Source: Harriotta raleighana
Taxonomy: Eukaryota
DNA: 64,000 nt
Direction: 5' to 3'
NCBI GenBank assembly: GCA_050575255.1
Contig: JBNZDD010013702.1
Span: 93,696-157,695, forward strand
Below the pieces are notes generated by a model. That model searched no databases and was not told the DNA's origin. It worked only from the letters and a program-made list of their open reading frames with translations. This document shows, in pieces, positions 11,082-23,000 of this stretch. A program made the position numbers and the translations under genes. Each line of letters begins with the position of its first letter. Within the stretch, counting starts at the first letter, position 1.

Positions 11082-14000
11082 GTCGGGACCAAAGCCCTTA
11101 ATTCCAGCATACAGCGCATCACATTCCTTTACTCACCACTGCAAGTTCCGTACGGTCATAACATTGATCATTAGAATACAGTAATAATAATAATAATCCT
11201 TGCATTTGACACAGGGCCTGCCTTCAAGACGCTATTAAGCGCTTTTCAGAATATACTGTGAACCCAATTGACTGTATATTTTGTGGGAGAAACAGATCGA
11301 AATACAACCATGAGTTGTAACTTTCAACCTATTCATACATTATTAGTACCGAGCAGAATATTAGATGCCAGTAACTCGCTCGCTCACTTAGACACACTCA
11401 CCCCACCCACCCAATCACCCATCCTCACCCAACCCACCCGCCATCCCCTGCCTTTGCTGATATGTGGTTAGTCACAGAAACATGGCCACAGATAATTAAG
11501 ACCACCTGATCAGCACTGATCTTGCTGAATGAGAACACATGGACATTGCATAAGGACACGATTGGGTCCATCTCTGTATTCCATTCTCCAAAGGCCGAGG
11601 AGACGAGGGTTTGAATCAGGCTATTGAGCGACGAAAGCCGCGCTGTCACTTTCTGTGAAGGGTTTAAAATCTGAAGTTATTCTTAGACTCGCCTACTGGT
11701 CCACGCCTTCATCACCTCAAGGCTGGACTATGGGAACTCTCTCCTCGTGGGCCTTCCCGGCTCCTCCATCCACAAGCTGCAGGTCATCCAGAACTCTGCA
11801 GCTCGTGTTCTCTCCCGCACCAGGCTTCGAGACCACATCACTCCCACCCTCGCCCGTCTCCACTGGCTCCCCATCCCCCAGAGGATCGACTTCAAGATCC
11901 TCATCCTCACCTACAAGGCCATTCACGGCCTTGCTCCCTCCTACCTCTCCGACCTAATATCCCCCTATCTACCTGCCCGTACCCTCCGTTCCTCTGGCTC
12001 TGGTCTGCTCCACATCCCCTGCCCTAACCGCCCTACCATTGGCGGCCGGGCTTTCAGCTGCTCAGCCCCCAGGCTCTGGAACTCCATCCCCCAGTGCCTT
12101 CGCCTCGCTCCCTCCCTTTCCTCTTTCAAGGCCGGTCTCAAGACCTTTCTCTTCGACCGTGCCTTCAGCTCCCCTCTCGACTCTCTACCTCCTCCTTGCT
12201 CCCACCCTCCCCCCCCCCCCCCNNNNNNNNNNCACCCTCCCCCTCCCCCCTCGCCCCGAACATTTCCCCCTGCTCGGGTCTTAAATCATCTGTCCAGCGC
12301 CTTGGGACGTCCTCCTGACGTGAAACGCGCTCTATAAATGTAATTTTGTTGTTGTTGTTGTTGTTGTATTGGAAACTGCCTTCGAACCGTAGAAATCTAT
12401 AGGGTCGTAGCACAATGACCATTTCTGTTCCTTTCAATGTTACAGCCCACCGCCAGGCACAAGATATGGCATCCCAGAGTGTTCAGCCTATTGTTAGATG
12501 CTCCCAGTAATTCTCTGGGTCTGCTGATCAGCCTGTACGATCTGGAGAGCGCAGACCAATCCTACCTGCTCGGCCTGGTCAACTACATGAGTCAGAAGGG
12601 AAAGTACAAGGAGGTAAGTAAGGCCTGTTCAGTGAAGCTGTTGAGAAGACATTATCCTGGTGGACAGAGCATACGTGAGGTGAGGGTGGAATCCAACTGT
12701 AATGACACCTCAGGCTCATATCACCTGCTGTCACCCTGGTTTTAGAATTATAATTCTATACTGTTTTTGCTAGGGTGGAGAGGGAGAGGGGTGGGGAGAG
12801 GAGACAGAGGGAAGAATATTCTGATGGCTTCTAAAAGTCAGATTTTTAAGTTCAATGCAAAACATGGCGTAGCTGTGAAATTGTCTTTCCACTCAGCTTT
12901 ACAGCTATTCCTGGCAATTTATGGCGATGTTTCCAGACCCCTTCCCCCTCCCCCCCCCCCCGAGAAAGTATGTGTATAATGGCAGACTAATAAAGCAGTC
13001 ACTCCGCGCTCAGTCTGCTTACACCTCACCTCCCCCACTCCCCCCACTCCTCGCCCCCCCCCCTCCGGAAACCCACCATACAATTCTCAGACCCTTCCTA
13101 ATGGAATGTTGTGCTTGTTAGTCGCTGGATTTGTGTAATTTCCGAGTTTCCTTCACAGCATTCAGGATAAGTATGCATCCTGTCAGACCGTAGGTGAGTC
13201 TGCCTTGCAGGTGCAGGCAGACAATTGGAGAATGGGTTGAACCCAGAGAACCATCCCAGTTTGCAGTGCTCCCTGAAGCCAATAAATACAAAGCGATACA
13301 TCCATCGGAACGCGAGTCACATTAGCACTGCCCTTCAAGTGGGAATGGTTTGGGATCTTGGCCGTGAGTGACACGGAACAGCTTCCTTTCCTCGGCTGTT
13401 GCTTTCATCCCATGCCGTATAGCCCTTTCACATTGGCATCCCAAAACCTAGAAGTACCCACTCACTACCCCACCCCCGCCCAACCCACCCTCCGCGTTCC
13501 CACCCTACTCTGTCCACTGCTGCATTTTCTCTCTACTCCCACAGTCTGGAACTCCATCCCACAATCCCTCCCTTGCTTCCTTCAAGGCCGGTCTCAAGAC
13601 ACTCCTCTCCTGTGCCTTCTGCTGCCCTCCCAACTCTCTCCCTCCCCTCCTAACTTTCTCCAGCCCCCTCCCCACTATCCTGCTCCTCTCCCTTGCTCGG
13701 GCCCAACCTGACTGTTCAGCACCTTGGGACGTCCTCCCGACGTGAAAGGTGCTCTATAAATGTAATCTTGTTGTTGTTGTAAGAAGTGCAAAATAATGTG
13801 AAGCAAATTCGCTTCATACAGAGAAGCTTGGCGCCTACGCTTTGCATTGTGGTTTACTGTGGTTTGGGCCAGCATGACACCCTCTTTGTGATCAGGTGCA
13901 CAGAATAGGCGCCAGGTGATGTGCTGTAGGATGCTCCATAGTGATCTCCCAAGTGTGTATTCAAGCCTGCTTGGGCAGTGGTCATCCCTCTCCAGAGCCA

Positions 14001-17000
14001 GATCCCTGCATATTCGAGGGCAGTTGTTGATGACAAACCAAGCAGCCTGGCTCATTGGCAGGACCTGGAAGAACCAGTCACTGTGAGCTGGGACACTTCC
14101 AACTTGGCTCCTGTTAACCCTGCCATCCAGAGCACTAATGGGTAGGGTGGCCCTGGCTGGACTGGACAAGCAGCGGGAAGCTTGCCAATGTTCACAGCAG
14201 CAAAGCTGCGTGGGTTTCAGCTGGTTTAGATCCAGCAGTACTGCAACACACACTCTTGGGATCCCCAAAGCCTTGGCTCTCACCAACCCAGCCCTGAATT
14301 CTCCAGGATTAGGTAAGCAGGGAAGGAAGGAAGGGAGAGAAAGAGAGAGAGAAAAAACGGGGGAGAGCGTGTGTGCGCACTCCATTACCAGGTGGACGGA
14401 AACCGCACGCACACATGTGAAATTATTACATTTCTTGACAACGTTGAGGGGGTGTGCACGGCTGTGCGAGCTAACGATTGGCAGTGAGGGAGAGCCTGGG
14501 TGCACATTAAAACACTACATGGTGCATAAAATCTGGAGATTCTCCAACTGAACCTCAGATTTCAGTGATGTTAAGTATTTTGTGTGTTGGTGGGGGCCCC
14601 TGGGATTTCTCTGTTCTTTTTCCGTGCAAATGATCCCGAGCGCAAATGATCCCGGCTGCTCGCGGGCCTTCTGAAAACAAAACCTGTTGCTGAGGACGTA
14701 CCTGGCATACGGAACGTCGCCGCTGCGTGCGCGGTGATGGTTTTTTTTTGAACGAGTGTCTGAGCAGCCGAAGCTGTGCCAGGGAGAATAGCGCAGAGTT
14801 GATAAGGGCACCGAGCGTGTCACACTCATCTGCTGCACTTCAGGCTCTGAAAGGGTGTCTGGTTGCAAATGAATGAGACTCTCTCGGGCACTTTTCATAC
14901 GTTCCCGGGGAGAAGAAAAGAGCCCGTTGTCACTGGTCGGCGATCGGAGAGGGGGGAAATAAGGCCATTGTCACATGAGCAGGGTAGCCTGGCAAGGAGC
15001 TGCACGGTTCACTGCCCCATGATATCGCTTAGTCTGATGAGAAACCACATTCAAGCCTTGTCACTTTTGATTTGGGGTATCACAATGCAATTAGCTGTGA
15101 TATTTCATAGCCAAGGGTGGCAGCCTCCCCCGAGGCTGAAGGCTCAGCATTGTCCACTGTAGCCGGGTTCGTTTGTCAATGCTGCGTCGCTCCGACCCTC
15201 GGAGCCTTGGGGGAAGAGAACACAGACCCTTTCTCCTGTCTCCCCTCCTGCCCCTCCTTTTGTGACTTGCTCGGAGCAGTATCTTAATTTGACCCAAATG
15301 TTTTCCTTCGCTGCAATTCGATGTACGCTGGGAATTCTATTAGCAGGTTTTATTAATAGCGCTGAAAAATATCGCAATTTAGCCGTCTGCAGTCGTTTTT
15401 CTCCTTTCTCGTGTGAAATCATTTAAAAACAATTTTTTGCAGAGCTCGTGCCTGTGCCTGGTTACAGTACAATTAATGCCTTAAGAACTGGGTTGTTAAC
15501 CCTTCGCATGGCTCAGCGTTCCGCCCTCTGTAACTGTAACACATGATGCCTGGATTTCAAAGGAGCTTTCAGCACCACTTTGCACGTTTTATATGGCGTT
15601 AGAAAAGCTTCGTGCGAGAGCGAGTGTGGCATCAGCCAGCCTCAGTCAACAAAACACTCCCCCCGCCCTCCCTCCCCCATTCAGAAGATTGTGGGTTTAA
15701 GCCCCCTATGTCGGGTCTCTGGACACTAGGTGGCGCTCTCGTGCATGGACAAAAACGCAAAGGGACTATTTATTGAGTCCAATTGAAAACGAAGTCAGAT
15801 GCACAAAGTATCGCACGCAACAACCACGTTTTTCACGTCGGGAGGACGTCCTATCTCGAGAAACAGAAATATGAACTATTATTTAAACTGGGGTAAATTT
15901 GTCTGCTCCTTCCTCTGGTTTTTATTGAGTGTGCATGAGACAACACCGGGCGGGAATCGACTGGTTGGAGGCTGACAGTGCAGTGCAGCGCTGGGGAAAG
16001 GAGGGAGAGGGAGGGCAGCAGTGTTCTTGAGGTGCCATTCATTGGATGAAATGTTAATCTAAAATCTTGTCTGCCTGCTCAGGTACAAATTAAGCATCCC
16101 ATGGCATCTTTTGAAAAGGAAAGGGAGTATCTATTTGTATGTGTGTCTGCGTGCGTGAGGAAGTAGGTGTGGGTGTATATCTGTGTATGGGAGCAGTGTG
16201 TATGTGTTAGGTGGCATTGAGTTGTAAACCAATCTGGTCCCAGGTTTCTAAATTGCTCAGTGAGCTGATAGCAGTGTTTCATTTGCTTCGATCCCCTGGG
16301 CTAGTGAGAGAATAAATTAATCGGGGATCCCACTATTCTGTGACACATGCTGCATTATCAGTGTGTATAAGACATCACATGAAAATAGACTTGTCCTCAG
16401 TTATAATACTGTAGTCATCTATAATAATAATCCTTGCATTTGATATAATAATTCTTCCGTTTGAACCTGCCTTATCATGGCTTTGAGATGTCTCAAAGCA
16501 CTTCACAGAACATATTGCAAAGTGAATTGACTGTATATTTTGTGGACCAAGCAGCCCATTAAGACTAAGCAAACACCTGTTTTGTGTGGAGCTCGAACAA
16601 CTCGAGGTAGGACATTCAGAGTAGGGCAGGAAATTACATGCTATCAGCCTCCCATTACCACTATTCGAACATTCAACAACAACAACGATTTTTATTAATA
16701 CAGCGCCCTTCATACTGGTTAGTGTCCCAGAGCACTAAATTCACAATCGGTACCTGGTTTGCTGAGCCTTGGTTGACATAAGGATACTACATTATGGGCT
16801 AGTGCTCAGAGCATAAAGAAGGGGAAAAAATCCAGCTGGGTTTCTAATTATTATCGGATGATTCCTGCAAGAAAGGTTCCCTTTGCTCCCCGAACTCAGA
16901 GCTCGTTCATATACCCTCCCCATTCTGAGGATGAGTGAGCTTCCAGCTATAGTACTTTGCCGTCCCCATCCCCCTCCCCCACCATGGAACTTATCCCTAA

Positions 17001-20000
17001 ATTATTCTCTTTCCATCCTTCTCTGCTTTTTGTATAAAGTAAGGTCTCTTCAGCTGTGCCTTTGGTCACTTCTCCACCCTCCTAACCTCTTCCCCACCTC
17101 ACCCCCCACTCCCACTTCCCCCCCCCCACCCCCCTTTCCCCATGGTATCTGACTCCTACACTAGTTCTGGCTCCTTCACTCTCCCTGTTAAGCGCGTTGA
17201 AATATCCTCCTCCTAAGGTGCTACACAAGTGAAAATGATTGCTGTCGAGGATTGAAGTTGCAAAGCAAAGGGTCAAATTCCATCATCCAAACCGCACGAT
17301 TGAGTAGCTGCCTACTCGCCATCTGTTTGATATTAGATGTAGAATTTGTGCTGTTGACGTACTGAAAGGTTGCTCTCCCACTGCTCGGCCTCATTGTTCC
17401 GGGAGCCCTCGAGTCCTTCATTGTACTCCGCGTCTCATGCGGCAGCAAAGTATTTTCTCTCCGGTGTCCTGGCCAACATTCCCTCAGATAGGAACTGGTC
17501 GTTCATTCATGTCACATCACTCGGTGGGACGTTGCTGTGCGCAAAATTGGCCGCCCCGTTCACCTGCAAATGCACAGCCACTCCGCTGTGGCTTGCTAAG
17601 CATTTTAGGATTAAGTGCCTCGAGACATTCATTATCTCACGTATAAATGCACAGGTTTTTGCTGTTGATGAGTGCAGCGCACCTACAAAGTGCTGCTGAG
17701 AGCAGTTTGGGGCAGAAATCCCTAGCATCCCTAAGATGTGCACTGCACTGGATGCTGCCTCACAGATGTACATTGTAAACTTTCGCAATGTTCCTTGCCA
17801 AACTGGGGGCATTGCTTTGCGCGGCATAGAGCGACTGGGAGAGCGCATGTTTAAGTATTCAGCAACTTCTCACTCCCCTGTTACTTTTTTGCTAAGGTTT
17901 CCAGGTTTCTGCTTCGTATTCAAACCACAAGATTTATCCCTTTTTTTAATATATAAGAAAAAAATAATTATTTTCTTACTTGTCCCTGCGCCAGCCAATC
18001 CCTAAAACTAGACAGATCTAAGAGATTACTGGAGAGGACGTGGCTGCTCACCCCATTTGATGCCAGCGCGTCAGCCGGAGCCATTGCATTTGCAAATAAA
18101 ACAAGCAAGAACTTTGCGCTTCTAATGTACCTTTTTGGGATTCTGTAATTGCTTCCGCAGGCATGCGCAGCAGCTGTTTTGCGCAGCAGAAAGGTGTGTC
18201 TCGGACAGTTGTAAAGTGAACAAGCCAATTGTTTAGCCTGGACATCTTTATCTCGAGCTTCTCGCCTAGACTTCTTCGCCAGGGGAAAAAATACACAGTC
18301 AGGTCACTCCATCAGCCGTACATTCTGTGAAGCGCTTTAAGACGTCCCGAAGAGACGTGACGAGGCGCTGTATCGAAAGCGAGGATTGTTGTAGGATTTG
18401 TGGATGATTGTTTGGAAGCTTCTTAATTGGGATTCAGTCAGTCACTGGCGCATAGTGTAGCTTGTTTCAAGCAGTGCCTAAAAACCTCCTCTGCCAGGTC
18501 CCATGAACTAATCCTGCCATGAGGAAATATGGGAGGGAAGAAAGACATACAGGGAACTGGGAGTTTGCTGTACATAGTATGATTCCAGGGATCTAGTATG
18601 GCTACAGAGGAAAAGAAAAGACATCAAAAATGTTTGGACCCCACAGAGGCAAATGGATTTTCACTTAATAGGGAATTGGCTAAATACTTGGAAGACAAAG
18701 GTAGGGGGAGAGAGTAGAAATGGGAGTTAGAAATAGAAAAGAAGCCAGCACCAGTCAGAAGAGAGTTAGCACCAACGCAGACAGGATTCGCAGACTGGCC
18801 TATTTTGGTGTCTTGTATATGGTATCAGGAGTTGGGTATTTGTAATGTCATTTGTTGTGTTGGAGGTATTTTTCTTGAGAGCCACTTGGCATTGAAGCTA
18901 TCCTGGGAATAATTGGATCGCTACAGTTTCAACACATTGTCTCCACAAGCTCCAAAACATATTGGGGGGAAAGTAGCTGTAATGGGGTAGCTTAGGAGGA
19001 GCTCCTTCAATCAGTGAGAATGTGGAACTCATGGCTGGAAACCGGATACATTAATGTATTTAAGGGAAAGCTTGAAGAAGAGAATTGAGGGTTATCGGTG
19101 AGGTGGAATGGGGGCTTCTTTGTCTTATCGCTCTGTGCAACTCGTGGGTGGAACTGAGCATCATAAAGGCAACTGCTTAAGTTAACTATGAACCCTTGAA
19201 TATCTCAGCAAATTTCCATGCAGCGGCCTCATCTGTTTCCAATGGCAAATGTTCCGAAGTGGAGGGACAAAACCACTCACAGTTAACTTGTCTGAATGAA
19301 TAGACTTGGATGCCGTTGATCTGAACAGGAAGCGTCGCTGTTTGGATAAGCGAGTGTATTAATTCCATTGTTGATTGCATTAGGCAATATGAATTCAGAT
19401 GGAAACTGATACGCAGCACGATGAAATGATTATGCAAGCAGAGCACGCTGCCAGATGCAGCCAGTTGGATTCACTGATTGATTTTGACACGTAATGGTCA
19501 CGTAAACAGTTTTGTGCCGAGCACAGATAACGGAGCCCTGTTAACACGCAATATGTCTGTCCGACCAGACAGAAAGCTTACGTATTACCAGACTTTCATG
19601 TTAAAGGGATCAACGGGTGTAAAGTTCTTAGTGAAAGTGACCCCTATTTGACTGGTACGACATTACTTGCTGCATTGAAGTATTAACTCAGTGAAATGGC
19701 TTCAGTGACAGATACCACAGAAGCAATTGTCCCAGTAAAAATATACTTGAAAAAAGTATATGTACCACATATATAATTGAAAGTACTGGTATTTCTCCTG
19801 TCCATTTGAAAGCCGTTGCTGTGCGCAAATTGGCTGCTTAAAGATTCGCTGAAACAATTCAGTCACTGTTACTCGACAGTAAAATGCTTTGAAACGTGTC
19901 AGGCGCTGTAAACGCGTGGAGGTTTATTGTTATTAATAATAAACTCTGCAATTTCCTCTGCTCCTGGAGTTCCACAACATAACTACTATTAATGTGCTTT

Positions 20001-23000
20001 TACAGCAGGATTTGCTTGCTTTCCTCTATGGGGAATAATTGTGTTGTGGAATACTTTGAATGAATAGGAAGTAACATTATCATAGAACCAAAGAACTTTA
20101 CAGCACCGAAGGAGGCCTTTCGGTTTATCATATCTCTGTTGGTTCCTTTAGAAATCAATTCATTCACTCCCGTTTCGAAATGGGGAGAGAGATTATCTCT
20201 CCTGGCATCCTGGCCAACGTTCCCCCAAAGTGATGTTGGATACTCACTGCCTGTTTGTGGGACAATGCTGTGCGCAACTTGCTGCCATGTTCACCCTCCA
20301 AATACACAGTCAATCCATTTGATAATATATCCGGTGAAACACTATGAGAGGTCTCAACAACTCAATAAGACGCTACATCAAATACAAATGCAAGGATTAT
20401 TATTTTCTCCATAGCTCCTACAATTGTTCCTAGATATCTATCTAGATCTCTAATATGTTTCCATTACTAGCCCCCTCTTCATCGCTGATATACGGACCCT
20501 GTCCTAACCACCACACCTACAGTAGCACATTCCACACCCTAACAACTCTCTGTATTTAAAAAAAAAACTAATCTCCCCTTTTGAACAAAGTTTGATATCA
20601 AAGTGGTTCCCAGTATTCCGTCCGTCGAGAATAGTTGATGCTGGTCATCACAGTGTTAAACTTTATCCATATTGCCATTGCGGAAGGTTAATCGCTGGTC
20701 TTAAATTGATTGGGGGTAAAGGCTAAATACTCCTAATAGCAGTCATATCTACTGGAATGTTTAACTCATCTGCTGTATAAATCTCTTCCCAGGCAGCTCC
20801 CCTGGGTCTTATCTCACATTGCTTGAAGGGCTTATTCAGTGAGTAAACACTTGGGAGAATTTGGAAACATTCAGTGATATTGTTTGCTCTAAGCTGGCTT
20901 CCTGGGGGTAGCAGTGTTTGGCGCGAGTGTTAAGATGTCTGTTTGAAATTTTGCAATAACAAAATTAATAATGTGGGATATTAAACGCTAAGAAAACGTT
21001 TCTGGGAAACTCCATGTTTACTCTCGTCCTGTAGACTTTTCTCCCCCTTTGTTCCTTCATTTCATGGGTGAATCCTTGGGCAATAATATAACCATAATAA
21101 TCCTTGTATTTGATATCGTGATATCATTGAGGCGTCTCAAAGCGTTTCACAGAATATACTGTAAGGTAAATTGACTGAATATTTTGTGTGGGAAACGTGG
21201 CAGCTAATTGCACACAGCAGTGTGCCACAAACCGTTGTGGATTGAAGAGACGTTCACTCTCTTCGGGCTTCAGACTACGTCACATTATTATTTTGATGTA
21301 ATAATAATAATAATATTAATGTAATAATAATGTAATAATAATATTATTTTGATGTAAAGCTGGAGGTGACTTTCTAGCGCTGTGTGCTGCCTGGCTCCTA
21401 CCAGTTCTTCTCCGGAGTTGCTCATAGTGCCTTCCGGAAGATTTCAAATTTTAATAGGAAAATGTTAAGGCTAAGATTTGAGGAATTTCAGGGCTCCTCC
21501 CATGCCTCGTCCCTTCCTTCCCCGTTTTCAAATCACGTCTCAAGACCTTCAATCATAGGCACGATAAGCCAAAAGGCCTCTTTCTGTGCTGCAGAATTCT
21601 TTGCTTCTGTGATAATGTTATTTCCTATTCAATCAAGGTTACCCAATTATTCCCCGTGGAGGAAAGCAAGACCTTCCTCTTCGACTGTGCGTACGATCAG
21701 TTTGCTTGACTTAGCTTGTGGCTCTATCTCTATTAATCGCTCCTGGACTCCACCTTCAACAACAAAATTACATTTAAAGGGCATTTTTCATGTCGGGAGG
21801 ACGTCCCAAGGCACTGAACAAAGGGTGAAGGGTGCTATACAACTGCAATTTGTGGTTGTTGTTGGCATATCTGAGATCAGGAACGCTGCGGTCACTGAGC
21901 CGGCGAATAACAGTGTGTTTGTTGGGGCGATGACTTCCCGAGGTCCTAGTAACGGCCTGAGGTCGCTGTATTGCCCTAAAATGACCAAGAGCCTCCATCG
22001 AGGTCACTACCCTTCCCCCCTCCAGATTAATCCCAAGATCACAGACAACCTAAAATATCCCACATAACACCTCTCCTGAGCGAGTGTGTGAGAGAGACAT
22101 GGTTTGTGAGGGAGGGTATGTGAGAGTGTTAGAGAGTGTGAATCCTCCCTCCCCCACCCACTGTTGTGTCCTCTATGCAAAGTTCCTCCTAATCCAATTG
22201 TGATTTAGTTCCTTGTAACCCAAATTACATATTTTAATCTGTTGACGGGCATGGCGGCGTCTCTGAATGTGCTTTCTCCCCTCCCTTGATTTTAGGCAGT
22301 TTCACTGAGTATCAAGATGCGGTTGCAGCCTACCCTCAACGTGGAGGAGGTGAGTGGACTTTTGGACTATCTGTCTATCTGTCTGTCAGTTTGACAAAAT
22401 GGAGTGTTAAGAGAATTCCACTTCAGATAGCGAGCTGTGTAGCAGAGATCTCCCTCCAGCTCAGTCTGTCCCGTCCCACTTGGCAACATATGTTAAAAGC
22501 TGAAAGAGCTAACAATCAGTCTTAAACCCATGAGCAATGGAGCCATGGGAAGTGCATTCGTGAAGCTGCCCAACTAATTCCATGTGTGCGCTGAATTTGC
22601 TCTGAGTTATACCATTGTTACCTGTATCTATTCTGTTAATGGTACAGTGCGGCTAGGCACTGTGCTTCTGTTTCTCACACTGCTGCCTCAGTGTTGGCGA
22701 CATGTTCCTTTCACTCACCCCATTCACTCCCATCACTCGCTGCCTCTTCTCGAGTGTCTCCTGTTGACCCTTGTCTCCTCTGCTCCACTGTCAGTGGCCG
22801 TGCCTTCAACCACTGTCCCCCGAAACTCTGGAACTCCCTCCCTCGTTCCCCTCTTCCAAATCTTGCCTAAACACCTTTTTGATCGTGCTTACAGTCACAT
22901 TCCCCCTTCACTCTCCCCCCCCCCCTACAGTTCGGGCTTCAGACTACAACAAAGTCAGGCACTCCGGGATTTGAAGGGCGCTATATAAATGTTGGTGACG

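Noticed and set aside
11747-12337. 196-aa ORF as a host protein-coding gene
   Set aside because: It is the C-terminus of L2 ORF2 in a 5'-truncated insertion, with no RT core or promoter.
13675-14505. 276-aa minus-strand ORF as a nested antisense gene
   Set aside because: It is a composite crossing a purine-rich low-complexity tract, the unclassified repeat and an L2 tail, with no recognisable domain.
16728-16743. gagcactaaattcac resembling the LF-SINE 3' end
   Set aside because: It is only about 15 nt, overlaps an antisense L2 tail, and no LF-SINE body is adjacent.
21384-22067. 227-aa plus-strand ORF
   Set aside because: It is built from L2 3' fragments and tails in both orientations, has a non-ATG start and shows no protein-family signature.
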